A stretch of 63,779 nt of DNA, filler included, from Olpidium bornovanus S191 (taxonomy: Eukaryota; Fungi; Olpidiomycota): NCBI GenBank assembly GCA_017911155.1. It is 32 parts of 32 records of this genome, joined end to end, with 100 filler letters (N's around TTAATTAATTAA, not from the genome) between each part and the next. Parts side by side here need not be neighbours in the genome. Positions count along the whole stretch, not along the records: positions 48,359 to 50,201 come from JAEFCI010006785.1; positions 50,302 to 51,861 come from JAEFCI010011543.1; positions 51,962 to 53,533 come from JAEFCI010002603.1; positions 53,634 to 55,196 come from JAEFCI010005642.1; positions 55,297 to 56,839 come from JAEFCI010002807.1; positions 56,940 to 59,706 come from JAEFCI010000952.1; positions 59,807 to 60,881 come from JAEFCI010003697.1; 25 more parts are not named here. One strand, written 5' to 3'. Positions 48,959-60,410 of the stretch are shown piece by piece. The notes under the pieces were generated by a model that worked only from the letters and a program-made list of their open reading frames with translations, was not told the DNA's origin and did no database searches. Positions within the stretch are counted from its first letter, which is position 1. Every line of letters starts with the position of its first letter. Both the position numbers and the translations under genes were made by a program.

Positions 48959-50027
48959 TTAATTGCCGACGGCAGCAGCCTGCATCGTCCGAAAGCGGCT
49001 CCTTTCAAAGGCTGAATAATGTGCAACAATTGTGCGCGAAAAAAAGGCAGAGGCAGCGTAAGGCGGACCGCGACACAAAAAGCCCGCGGCGGTGGGCCCG
49101 TGAGTTGAGAATCCGGGCACCAGATTTCGGAGCAAAATTCGCGTGACGGCAGCATCCCGCAATAAAACTCTGCAGTAATTGGACACCAAAAACCGGAAAA
49201 AGCCTGCGGCAAAACAAAATAAAGGGGAAGAGCGGGCGAGAGAAAAACCAAAACGGAGCCACGCACGGTTATAATGCAGCAATTTCTCGATCAGGTCGAC
49301 GTGGGTGAGGACCATTCTCCGGCAGCAGTACCGCTTGAGGTTAAGCGCATCGAGAGCTTCCCTGTTGTCCGGAAAGGCGCAAGGCTTCCGTTACCTGCAT
49401 GCCATCCAACCGCGCGCAAAGGCCCCGTTATTGATAACCTACCCTTCCGTGTAGTCGTTCTGCAGCAGGTACAAGTATATCTCCCATTTGTTTCCCGTAA
49501 CCTGTGGAGTTCAGCAAGTGTCGCCCGGTTGCGAACAAGGAGCGCCCGCGTCAACGAGAAAGCGTCCCACCTGCCTTACGACTGCAAGTCGGCCGGATGC
49601 CAGCCAGGTTCATGCAACAGGACGGGGATCTATCGGCGGCTCCAAAGCAGAAAGACTCTTTGCACCATCCCAAAGTTTGTCCCGTACGTGGGTTTTCCGC
49701 TGGCCCAGGGGCAAACCCCCTTCGGGCACGCAGGGACCAGAGCGAACTATTCCCAAACTTTATATCTTTTTTCACCCGACGAGCCCGCGCCGTTTTCCAC
49801 GTGCGTTTTGCGTTCTCGTCGAGTAACTCGCACGCATCCTGCGCGTACCCACCACGATTCCCGGCGAATACGGCGACGGCGCAGAGTGCAAAGTCCGGAC
49901 CACAGGCAACCCCGGGCTTCCCCTCCCTTCGCCTCCCCTCCCTTCGCCGCTTGCGGTCCCTTGCGCTGTCGTCTCCACCGGGCGGGCTTACCTTCCCGCA
50001 CGAGAAGCAGCGGACAGGAATGAGCAT
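48959..50027 (-). CDS. RPB10: RNA polymerase I/II/III shared subunit RPABC5, complete 4-exon gene
   Basis: [80 protein letters not shown]. Confidence 0.98.
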
Positions 50028-50136
50028 GTTCACGGGGGTATTGGCGGTTTCTTTTTTTTTTTTTTTCTTGGGCTTTGGCAGGTGAAAAGGAGGCGGGAAG
50101 GGTGAGGAAGGGGAAAGAGAAAGGGGTCAAAGACCC

Positions 50137-50181
<45 letters not shown>

Positions 50182-51073
50182 GGGGGGGGGGGCCCCCCCC
50201 CNNNNNNNNNNNNNNNNNNNNNNNNNNNNNNNNNNNNNNNNNNNNTTAATTAATTAANNNNNNNNNNNNNNNNNNNNNNNNNNNNNNNNNNNNNNNNNNN
50301 NCATGTGGCATTCACGTTCGCCCCTCGTGAGTCCCTCAGTTATGAGAAAAATCAGTTCAAGATTCCGGCGCCGTTCCCCGGCAGTTCGCAAGGCGGGGGG
50401 GCTTTGGGCCCGCCGGCGTTTGGACTTCTCAAACGCCGGACCTCAGTGAACGCGGAGAGAGCACGGGGTGAGCGCGAGGTCGCGGTCTCGGCTGTGTCCC
50501 GGCTTCGGTCGGTGAATGACGGTGCGGCTGAGCGAAGGCCGCAACGAATGACGGCGCTGCAACGGCGACGAGGAAGCGGCGGAAGGGAAGCGGCGGTCGT
50601 CCTGTCCGAGATGGTCTGGCCGCGGGGCCGTGGCGGCGCTGCCGAGTGAAGATTACGACGCAGCAGCGTGAAGGCAGATTCATCCTCTTCGGAAGACGGG
50701 GTTTTTTTATTTTTTTATTTGGCGGTTTCCGAGTTTGTGCGAGGTGGGGTGCCGGTATTTAAGGGCCGGCGCGGGTCACGTGACAGTCATGCGGGGAACG
50801 TGTGGGGCGCACCCGGGTGGTGTGGGAGGGGCGGGAGGGGGAGGGAAAAGTGCGGAGAAAAGGGAAAACGGTCGCCCTGCGGCGGAAAATACTAACAACA
50901 ATACAATAAATAAGATTAAGAAATAAGAATAAGAATAATTAAGTAGTAACCAGAATAACTAAATCCCTGCAAATTATATGCAAAACCAAAAAAAAGTACA
51001 CGCGCTGAGATAGTGCAGGTATCATCGAGGTTCTGACCGCTCGCTGCCTCGAATTCCCAGGCGGCCTTTTGCG

Positions 51074-51861
51074 CTACAGCGCCGGCCACCTGCGTGTGCC
51101 GACCGGCGGCTCCGCGGCCGGACTGTTTGACTTCAGCACCGCTTGCCTCGACTCCATCTCCGACTGCAGTCTGCTGGTAAGCTCACAGAATTCGCCCTCG
51201 ACGTCGTCTATGCTCTTGAGACTCCCGGTTTTCGCGGCGGCGCAGCCGTCGGCGGGGCCCGCGGGCGACGGTGCGGAGGGCGCGGTGCCGCCCGGAAAGG
51301 CCCCCGGCGTTTCCGGAGCGGGTGGGGCGGGCCGGCTCGGCGCGCCCGGGGGCGCCAGGCCGACGGTCGCCGCCGCGGCCAGGAAGCTTGCGACCAGCGG
51401 CTTTCCGACCTTCTCGCTCGCCGACGTTCTCATCGGCGGCTCGTCCGGGCCGGGCTCGGAAGCTTCCGCGACGCCGGCCAACTGGGCGGAGGCCGGGCCG
51501 GCGCCGGAACCTCCGGTCCCGCCCGTTTGCGGAGGCGAAAGGAGCAGGCGAAAGCGTTCGGGGCGATCCGACCGGCGGCCGGCGGACGGCGCCTCGGCGC
51601 TCGGCGGTTCGTCGTCGTTCCGGTCGGGCGGGTCGGCGCCGCCACCTCCATCCGCCGGTTCCGGAGATTCCGCCGGCGAAACCGAGAGCTGTTCCGGCCC
51701 GAGCACGTGCGCCGCAGCGCCGGGTTTTATCCCGCCCGTCGAAAACCGACGCGGGGGGTTCGACTCCGGGAGCGTCTTTCTGGCCGTCGCTGCCAAATCC
51801 GACTGCCGTCGCCTGCGGGAAGCCCCCTTCGAAGCCCAAGTGTCTTCCGGTTTTCCCATGC
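51074..51861 (-). CDS. Hypothetical A/P/S-rich protein, C-terminal part
   Basis: Open frame of over 260 codons ending SLKSIDDVEGEFCELTSRLQSEMESRQAVL...RRWPAL*. GC-rich DNA has few stops, so support is weak. Confidence 0.35.
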
Positions 51862-51961
51862 NNNNNNNNNNNNNNNNNNNNNNNNNNNNNNNNNNNNNNN
51901 NNNNNTTAATTAATTAANNNNNNNNNNNNNNNNNNNNNNNNNNNNNNNNNNNNNNNNNNNN

Positions 51962-52103
51962 ACTGCAGCGAGTGGTCGCGTTGCGCGGTCACCTCCGCCA
52001 GGCGGGCCTCCAGCTGACGGATCGCCAGCTGGTAGTCCGCCTCTGTCTGCAGGAGGGTCGGTCCTGCGGCGGAGGCAACGGGAGAGGTGGGGTTACGAGT
52101 CAT
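51962..52103 (-). CDS. LTR-retrotransposon gag N-terminus
   Basis: ATG 6 nt after the primer-binding site: MTRNPTSPVASAAGPTLLQTEADYQLAIRQLEARLAEVTAQRDHSLQ (coiled-coil-like). Called from context, not homology. Confidence 0.7.
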
Positions 52104-52109
52104 GTCTAG

Positions 52110-52121
52110 GCGTTGCTACCA
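52110..52121 (-). promoter_or_regulatory. Primer-binding site, initiator tRNA-Met type
   Basis: TGGTAGCAACGC on the minus strand directly after the LTR terminal CA; TGGTAGC is complementary to the ...GCUACCA 3' end of eukaryotic initiator tRNA-Met. Confidence 0.8.
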
Positions 52122-52695
52122 TGTACTGTGGAGAGTCGGGTCAGGCTCAAGACTCGCGGTAAGGTCCTTGGGTAAGGAGGTCGCGGTAAAGGAACGTTGA
52201 TATTCAAGTCGGAGAGATATTACTCTCAAGGTAAAGTACTCAAAAAGTAACAAAGTGCAAGCCAGGAAAGTTCTATGGAAGTGTGTCGAGCTACGGGACG
52301 GAGGAGACGCTATTTATGCCCGTTGACGTCGAGCAGAAGGCAAGTCGACGGCAAAGCCGTTCCTCGACGTCGCGTCTGTCAACGCGGTGCGTCCGGTCTC
52401 TTCCCGCGCGGTTACCACGCGGGGTCTCGAGCTCTCGCGTGCGGGGGCAGTCAGGAGGGGGTTATGGTTGGCAGGGAGTTCCTGCGTGTGGCACTGGGGG
52501 GAAGGGGGGACAAGGGGGAAGTCCTTCGATTGGCGGGCTTCGAGGGGGGACTACTCCATTTGTCGAGCCCCGAGTCCGGGGGCCGCCTTGTCCCGCCTTC
52601 GCCTCCACCTCTCTCTCGTCCGCTGCCACCTTCCGTGGCGTCCTCCTTGACGTACTGCGACGGTTCGGTCGAAACGAGAGCCGTGCCACAGCACA
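52122..52695 (-). mobile_element. 574-bp 5' LTR
   Basis: Minus strand begins TGTGCTGTGG and ends CCACAGTACA (TG..CA, 9/10 inverted match); TATA-like GCATAAATAGC at 52319-52309; followed by PBS and gag. Confidence 0.88.
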
Positions 52696-52696
52696 G

Positions 52697-53340
52697 TAGG
52701 GTTCCTACCCGCGGGGTCGGGTACGGGTTTTGCCTAAACCCGAACCCGTACCCGTGGGGGTTTGAAGAACCCGTACTCGTACCCGAGCAGCTTCAGCGAA
52801 ACTCGTACCCGTACCCGTACCCGGCGGGTAGATCTATTGAATTTTACTTCTGCTGATATTTATTCGTAATTTGCTTTTTTTCTTAGTACATGCCTACGAC
52901 TAATCTTTCTTTTGCTGCACAACACCAAATTCTTTACACCAATTCTTCATTAAAACAAGCATCTCAAGTGTCTCGGGACTCATGCGGGTATGATCCCATC
53001 TCAGAACTTTGCGACCAGAAGAGAAGACCCGTTCAGAAAGGGCACTGGTTGCTGGGATTGCGTAAACATGTTTGGCCATTTTGGCCAATGTCGGAAACTT
53101 AGAGCTGTGCAATTTCCAAAACGCAAGAATATCCAGATCACCGTCGGCCTGATCCATAAGTGTGTACGCGTTGATGTCAGCTTCACCACTTGTCATGGGC
53201 TGGGCACGCTTCGTGAATAAACGGGATTTGAGCCTGTTGGAGCCGAAACCGGACAATCCAGATGTTGATGTAGATTCCACGGGCTCGCTGTCGACATGGA
53301 ACTTGTTGGCCATTCGAATAACCAAGTCGTTAACCTCGCA
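52697..53340 (-). mobile_element. hAT DNA transposon 3' end (transposase dimerisation domain, subterminal repeats, TIR)
   Basis: ORF 53325-52900: LDILAFWKLHSSKFPTLAKMAKHVYAIPATSALSERVFSSGRKVL...RMSPETLEMLVLMKNW; ACCCGTACCCG-type repeats at about 52720-52825; terminus TAGGG at 52697 fits the hAT YARNG consensus. Confidence 0.9.
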
Positions 53341-54279
53341 AGCGGGCTTGCCTTGGAAGTGTGATACGCCGCGCTCGGCGGTCCGTCGGTACGAACATCC
53401 GGTAACCCGCCAGGGGCCATGCAGAGAGAACCCCCGCTCGTCGGAGATTAATTCTCCGGGTGCTCAGGGCTTTCCCCTTTTCCCCCTTGCTTCCCCCCGG
53501 GACGCCACAACCAGCCCCCCCGAAACCGCCAACNNNNNNNNNNNNNNNNNNNNNNNNNNNNNNNNNNNNNNNNNNNNTTAATTAATTAANNNNNNNNNNN
53601 NNNNNNNNNNNNNNNNNNNNNNNNNNNNNNNNNAAAAAGGCGGCTTCAATGAAGACAACGTATATAATAACGGGCACTGCAGCGTTCAAAATTCTTGGAA
53701 TCCAAACGTTGCAGTGGCATCGCATGGGGTCTGGGAAGTAGCCACGAAAAAATTGAGTAACGCCTGATCTGTGCATGCCGGCGACAAAAAATCAGCAAAC
53801 GAGGACACAGTACTCTGCTGTTTTGCCTCAGGAGAACACCATACCGCAGCCCACAACGCACCATAAAATGTCTCCCGCGGACGCCCCCCTTCTAAAATGT
53901 CTCCCACGGACGCCCCCCTCCCGACTGCGGGCCCACTTTGCCACGTCCATTCGTGTTGCGGGGAGATGGTGCTTTATGTATGCACATCGGTGAGTTGACG
54001 TGACGGGTAAACGACGCATGATAACGTGTGAAAGCAATTAGAGACCTCCTCGTCGGCCTTTTGGCAGGGTCGAGCGTGCTATCGTTTGGTAGGTAGCAAA
54101 GGTTTGCAAGAAAAAGAAGTGCGCCGATAGAATGGCCGAACCCGGCGATTCCCTGCAGGCGGTCTCGAAGCGGAGCCCTCACAGCAACGGGGAAGAACGG
54201 GGGCCGCCGGCCCAGCTGGTTATTCCCGGATACCTCAGTCGGTTTTCTGTCGCCATCGTCGTCAACACCTCGTTCCGGC

Positions 54280-54740
54280 TCACATGTCAGGGTTCTCGAG
54301 TATGTTATGGGCCGTCCAGGACCAACAACCGCCGTTCGGCGGGTCGTTGGCATCGGCCGCGTCCGCGTAGCGTTCTTCGTGCGGCCCAAACGGCCCGCCC
54401 CCAGCACCACAGAGCTCCAAGATATCCTCCGGCGGCTTTGCGCCGCGGCGAACCTCCGCGAAGGCGTTGACCGCCCGGCGGTGCTTCATGAACTTCCGCC
54501 GCACCTGCAGAGGCAGGTACCCGCGGTACCGAAAAACCATGAAGGAGAAGGCCGCCGCCGCCTTTTCGAGGTGGGCCGCCGCGCCGCCCGAGAGCTCTCC
54601 CTGTTGCGCTTCCACCGACATCATCAACAGGGACGCCCACCGCCGGCGCTCCGAGTGCTTCAACAGCCGGAGCTGCTCTTGGTTCCAGTCAGACAGCTCG
54701 GCCGCCGGCCGCGTGACCAGCCTCCTCGTTCTTTTCGGTG
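54280..54740 (-). CDS. Hypothetical intronless protein
   Basis: Coding-like frame ...ELSDWNQEQLRLLKHSERRRWASLLMMSV...AFSFMVFRYRGYLPLQVRRKFMKHRRAVNAF...ENPDM*. No family recognised. Confidence 0.35.
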
Positions 54741-54796
54741 GTCCACCTTCCTCGTCGCCGGCCGCCCTCGGGCGACGCGGCGCTTGCGCCGTTTCC

Positions 54797-54860
54797 GCTG
54801 GATCCTCCGTCAGCGCGCCGCCGCCGCCGCTGGATCCTCCGTCAGCGCGCCGCCGCCGCC
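54797..54860. repeat. 32-bp tandem duplication running into (CCG)n
   Basis: GCTGGATCCTCCGTCAGCGCGCCGCCGCCGCC twice. Confidence 0.93.
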
Positions 54861-55296
54861 GCCGCCGCCGCCGCCCGCAGCTTGGCGCTGTTGGCTCTGG
54901 ATCAGCGCGTGACCAGGCCTCGGAGGTGCCATTTGGCTCTTTGTCGGATCAAAGATGCCCCGCGCCCAGCCGACGTCGACGACGTTATGGCCGCAACGAG
55001 GAGGTCGAAAAGCACGGCGACGTCGGCCACCGGGTCTGGCACTTGACAAGGTGAGGTGAGTGATCTGTGCGATCAGTTAGAACGACTGTCCCTCAACTTC
55101 ATCGCCGTGATGGAGCGGATGCAGTCGTCCACCAACCCGACGGCACCGACGCCGAACCGAGGCCGTTGGGAACCTGGGCCACCGTCGATGGGAGGGNNNN
55201 NNNNNNNNNNNNNNNNNNNNNNNNNNNNNNNNNNNNNNNNTTAATTAATTAANNNNNNNNNNNNNNNNNNNNNNNNNNNNNNNNNNNNNNNNNNNN

Positions 55297-56036
55297 CCAT
55301 GTTTTTTGAGGTACGGCACTATATTTCTAAGGGGGGACTCGGTTGCGCCGTGAATACGAAGCTGGTCCCGACGGCAGCTCGCCAGCAAGTGCCGGTTGAA
55401 GCAGAGGACTTGCGTGCTCAGACTCACACGAGATCAAAAACGTCACCTGGCGCGCACGAATAATTATATTCAGTCTCCCTGGGCCGCGCGTTCGGGCCCG
55501 TGCAAGGTCACCTCGCATTCTTACCTTCCTCAGTGCACATGGGATGCTCAAAGGGCTGCAGGGAGAGGGCGCAGCAGAAAAAGGGGAGCCGGCGGAAAAT
55601 GTCGTCACTCCGCTTCTTCCCCACGCCCCCAAAGCTCATGCCTCCATACTCGTTGCTAGATAGGAGTAACGGTCGTCGGGCGGGCGGAGTCATTGGGGGG
55701 CCGGCCATAGCAAAGCCTGGTACCACTCGCGCTCCACAGTTAGATCTGGATTGTCCACGACGGTGATCCAAAGCAACCTTGCCCCGCCGGCCATAATGAA
55801 AAACAAAAATCGCATCACGTGCATCATTCATTCTGAGTCCCTTCGTGGGCAGCGTTTTCGCCGGCGTGTCCAGGGCAAAATCCGCAGCTTCTTCCCTGCC
55901 ACTCCGCTGCGGCGTAACAGCTTTTCTGTTTCTTTTCCTCCTTGCCAACGCAATCCGCGCCCTCTCCGCGCGCTCCCGCTCACCTCCACTCGCTGTGGGT
56001 GATGTACAGCTTGTTCGTCTGCTTCCCGCGGCCCAT
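55297..56036 (-). CDS. PPIL2: U-box/RING cyclophilin PPIL2 (Cyp60/Cyp8), N-terminal fragment
   Basis: MGRGKQTNKLYITHSEW-SNEYGG...FRRLPFFCCALSLQPFEHPMCTEE-GDVFDLV-NIVPYLKKHG; 4 exons including a 19-nt exon at 55446-55428. Confidence 0.92.
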
Positions 56037-57061
56037 GGTCAGCGTCCTTTCGGCGGGCGGTTCCGCGAGCGGGGTCGATGTTTTCAACGGGCCGGGGAAA
56101 ACTGCGGTAGGTGGGGGAAGGAGAAAATGGGGGGGGAGGCGGTGCCAGACATGCGCAGTACCGAAACGGGCGACACCCCAACGGGCCACAGGGGGAAACG
56201 GGTGGCGGGAGGAACAGGGGAACCTAAACCGCCCGCCTGGGAACAGGAAGAATAGTGAAGGGGCCGGGGAATTGAGGGCGTGCAGCGCCCGCCGGAGACC
56301 AACGCAAAATATCAGATCCGACTACGCAGAGGGTTGCGCGACGTCCGGCGCTGTGATCGCTGACAGTTGCGGAGGACAGGCGGCCAGTGCACTGGACCGG
56401 AGACGGGGCCGCGACAACCGGGTAATCCAGCCGTTGGTCGCGAGGGGCAGGTAGCCTGCGTAAAAGGCGGGCCGATACATTGGTGTCGGGGCAATGGGGA
56501 GCGTAATTCGTGCGGGGGAACTGTAATTTTCTGCACCGTGGCGAGCCTTCGCTCCCTTAGCGATAGCGCCGGGGCTTACCCTAGGTTTTGGTTGAGGCCG
56601 CCGTTGGTTTGTGGCCGCCGTTTTTTTTTTTTTTTTTTTTTTTTTTTCGTTTTTGCGCAGCCGTATTTTGGTTTTTAGTAGCCAATATAACAATGTAAGA
56701 GCAGTCTGGAGATTTGTACATGCGGTGGGCACCCGATTGTAAAAAGACATACCAACGATTGGCTTCCTGTGAGGATTGTGCAGCCTTACACGAAGGAGCA
56801 AGCCGACTTCCCGGCGGACCCGAACGGGACATTGCTAGGNNNNNNNNNNNNNNNNNNNNNNNNNNNNNNNNNNNNNNNNNNNNTTAATTAATTAANNNNN
56901 NNNNNNNNNNNNNNNNNNNNNNNNNNNNNNNNNNNNNNNCATGCATTCTGGATCGGCGCCCGGCCAGGGCTCTGAGCCTGTTGAAGGCGATGATGATGGG
57001 GCCGCAAGCAAAGCCGAGCTAGTCCCAAGTTATCGAGCTGTCTACAACTTTACAGACGTAA

Positions 57062-57239
57062 TTAGTGGGTGGGACTCCTTGAATTCCGCGGTCGCGTCCT
57101 GCGCTTTCTCGAAATCTTCCTCACACAGCCAGGTTGCATCCGACGCGTCGTAGCCCAGCCATAAGACGAGGGAATGTCACTTCCCTCGGCGCAGCCAGGT
57201 GGCTAGAATCTTGCCGACCTCGTACTTGCCGTCCTCGTG
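57062..57239 (-). mobile_element. Chromodomain remnant of a chromovirus (Ty3/gypsy) integrase
   Basis: EDGKYEVGKILATWLRRGK*HSLVLWLGYDASDATWLCEEDFEKAQDATAEFKESHP; one in-frame stop. Matches the YEVE.IL...YLV.W.GY...D.TW..EE.L pattern. Confidence 0.8.
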
Positions 57240-57479
57240 CGATGGTCATTGCCCGCAGGAGCCGACGCATCGACGGATGCCAACGGAGTGTGCAAACTGT
57301 CATTGATCCTCAGCATCAGCGTGGCTACAAGCGAGCATGCAATTTTTCCGATTTCGCTGTCCAACTACCGGAAAAGAAACGGCACGCTTGACGCGAATCC
57401 TGTCGCGGCACAATGGAGAGCGGAATCATGAAAAGTCTGCAGCGTGCCCCCCGAAGCAGAGGCCCCGCCGTGATACGCT

Positions 57480-58125
57480 GACGCAATCAGATTGCTACTG
57501 TGGATCTCAATGACGACCCGGCTGAACATTTCCCTCGCTACCTTCTTCTCGCCAGATTCATCGCCAAATCCCACCAAAGGGTATTGGCCGGCGGTCGCCA
57601 AAAGGGGTCTCTTGTGCCTGCGCAAACAATCAATTATTGTATTACCTTCGAAGAAGGCCGGGACTATTCAAATGAGATTTTTTACATTGTGACGCAGATT
57701 GGGCTGGCTGCCGGGAAACCTGCGTCCGTGTCTCGATTCATTGTCACGTACGGGGGAAAGCCCAATCTCATGGAGGTCAATGCGCCAAACGTCCTTCACG
57801 GCACCTTCCTGCATGCCAAAGCTTGTGTCCGGCTTTGCAGCAGCGCAAGAGACAAAATGGCTGCGCACAATCGCCGGGCAAATAGACGAAGAAATTGTCG
57901 CCAGGCCAACACGGATAGATAATGCAGGAGCCGCTGAGCTTGCTACCGATGTGAAAGTGCCATCAAGGCCAAAGCACATTGAAATCTGATACCACCACTG
58001 GACGCAATGCGCTGCAGATAAAGTTATCCAAATTGAGCACGTCCCGCCTGCGGACGACCCGGCTGACGTCTTTGCTAAGCCGCTGGACAAGCCCAAATTC
58101 ACCAAGTTCAGGAAGATGATTGAGG
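57480..58125 (+). mobile_element. Degenerate Ty1/copia RT C-terminus and RNase H
   Basis: Across frameshifts: LLARF, INYCITF, SVSRFIVTYGG, PISWRSMRQT, AAQETKWLRT, IDNAGAAELA, RPKHIEI, IEHVPPADDPADVFAKPLDKPKFTKFRKMI. Confidence 0.87.
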
Positions 58126-59357
58126 ATCGGCCCGTTGCAAATCTTTTGTCAAAATCCCGCTGAATGAGCACCAAGAGCAGAGCGGGGTTTGGTGCCAGGC
58201 GTAAAACCGCCTAAGGGAGCGCAAGCGCGAAGAAAGAACAAAGGTGTTTCCATAGATTCTTGGGGACCGTGGGCGTTATGGCGCGCTCAGTGAGGCAGGG
58301 ATAGGAAATTAAACGGCGTTAAAGGCTCTGGAAGGCCAAGCGGCGGACGCACGGCCTGCACCAGCCCTAAAGAGTTTCTAGTTTCCCGCCATAGAAGAGG
58401 TCTAAAGTAGAAATAGCTCCGGAACAGAGCGAAGGAAAGCCTCGGCTCGCCTCCTCCTCACGGAGTCGCTGCGTACCGTCTTCCTTCCGGGCTCCAAGAA
58501 GTCAAAATGCTTTCCGCTTCCCTCTTCACTCACTCCCAGAAAACAGTTGCCACCGTGACCAGAAAGACGGTCTAATTGGGTCACGTGTTGTTCACGTGAC
58601 TTAATACTTTTTGGGGGAGCGCAAGACATGCTCCCCTCGCCGCCCCCGGCAGAAGGGGTAAGGAGAGAACCCAAAAAAAAAAAAAAAAAAAAAAAATGGG
58701 GGAAAGGGTTTTTTCCCGCCCCCTTCCCTTCCCGACGTAGCGAGACTTCCCCCGGCGCGGCCATCCCGTCCATCGCGTCATCCCCTGCCGCTCCAGATCT
58801 CGGCGTCCAAGGGCAGCGCGCCGCGGTCGAACGTTCCGGCTGCAGGGCGGGAGAGCGTTGGTTCCGGGCTGCTGGCGGGACGCTTTTTGTCGCTGGGGGC
58901 GGGGGGGGGGGGTCAAAGGGCCGGGCAGAAGCAGAGGTGGCGCGGAAAATGAACCCCGGCCCACCCCGCCCACCCCTCGCCCCCTCAGCCCACGAAGGCA
59001 GGCGGCGGGGCACATCGTCTGGTTGCTGGGGAGGAGGGTGGACGGCGGGCTGACCGGAAGAGGGCCCAAGGGGCATCCGCCATCAAGCTCCCATGTTCTT
59101 TCCGGTACAACCGCTGAGCGGGGGACCTGCCAACGCCGAGATTTATACTCAAAGGAGGCACCTTATCTCCACTCCGGTTGGGCCCTTCGCCCCGTTTTTG
59201 CGGAAGTAGAAAGGACGGATGGCGTCTCCGTCGGCTCTTGTTCCGCCGACGCGCGAACGATTTCGGTCGACCTGTGCTTGCCGTCTTGCTCCCGGTCGCT
59301 TTTGGCGCTAAAGCCCTCTTGTCCTACGTTTCTGTTTTCCCTTTTTTGTTTCCCCAG

Positions 59358-59706
59358 AAACGCACGAAGAAGCTCGGAGTCGTCGGCAAGTACGGCACCC
59401 GTTACGGCGCGTCCCTGCGTAAGCAGGTGAAGAAGATGGAAATTACCCAGCACGCCAAGTACACGTGCACTTTTTGCGGGAAGGTAAAAACAGCGCGATG
59501 TCGTATCGCCTAGGAGGGCCCTAATGGGGAAAAGAATTTCTTCGTCGGGGCTTGAGGGCCCGTTTGACCGAGCAATCCACCCGTGCGGCCGCGCCGGATT
59601 TGCTGAACCGCGTTTGTCCTCGTCACTCCCCCCCCCCCCCTCGCAGGACACTGTCAAGCGTACGGCCGTCGGCATCTGGAACTGCCGCGCGTGCAAGAAA
59701 GCCATG
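59358..59706 (+). CDS. RPL43: 60S ribosomal protein eL43 (L37a), internal exons
   Basis: Exons 59358-59483 and 59647-59706: [62 protein letters not shown]. First exon not found. Confidence 0.97.
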
Positions 59707-59950
59707 NNNNNNNNNNNNNNNNNNNNNNNNNNNNNNNNNNNNNNNNNNNNTTAATTAATTAANNNNNNNNNNNNNNNNNNNNNNNNNNNNNNNNNNNNNN
59801 NNNNNNCATGGTAGGGGCCGGAGCAGGCGTGAACAGGCAAGAAGCGCGTTCTTTCTTTCCGGCGAAGAGAGGCTTCCCCGCAAAGAAGGACCCGCCTCCC
59901 ACCCTCGGGGAAGAAGGGAAGCGGGAGGGAAAGGTACCTGGTGCCGCTGG

Positions 59951-60410
59951 CCTGACGAGAAAGCCCCTTGAGTCCTTTTGACACCGGATATCTAATTTGG
60001 AAAGATATGGAAGGATACAGCCGGATGGGGAATAACGGGGAAAACTACCGGGTGCCGATGGCCAACTGCACCGATCACCAGGGGCGGCGGCCGCGGTGGG
60101 AGGAACGGTGGGGGCCTTACAATAATCCCCTTTCCCCTTTTCTTTTCTCCTTTCTTTTCCCCCTTTTTCTTCTTCTTCTTTTTGTCGTTCCGTTTCCCCT
60201 CTGTTTACATTCTGTGTTTTGCTTTGTTCTTCTGGCCGTTCCAGACCAAGGGCCTTCACGTTGACATCCCTCTTTCCGGGCTAGAAAGGCTGTCCGAGTC
60301 TGGAAGAAAATAACAACAACTTGGTTAACAGCCAACCCCGCCCTTGTTGTGCCTGATGGAAAAACCCCTGCAGTCCCTTTGACACCGGATATATTCGGAA
60401 AGATGTGGCT
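59951..60410. repeat. About 55-bp imperfect direct repeat, 400 bp apart
   Basis: CCTGA..G.AA..CCC.T..AGTCC.TTTGACACCGGATAT...GGAAAGAT.TGG at 59951 and 60352. Confidence 0.8.
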
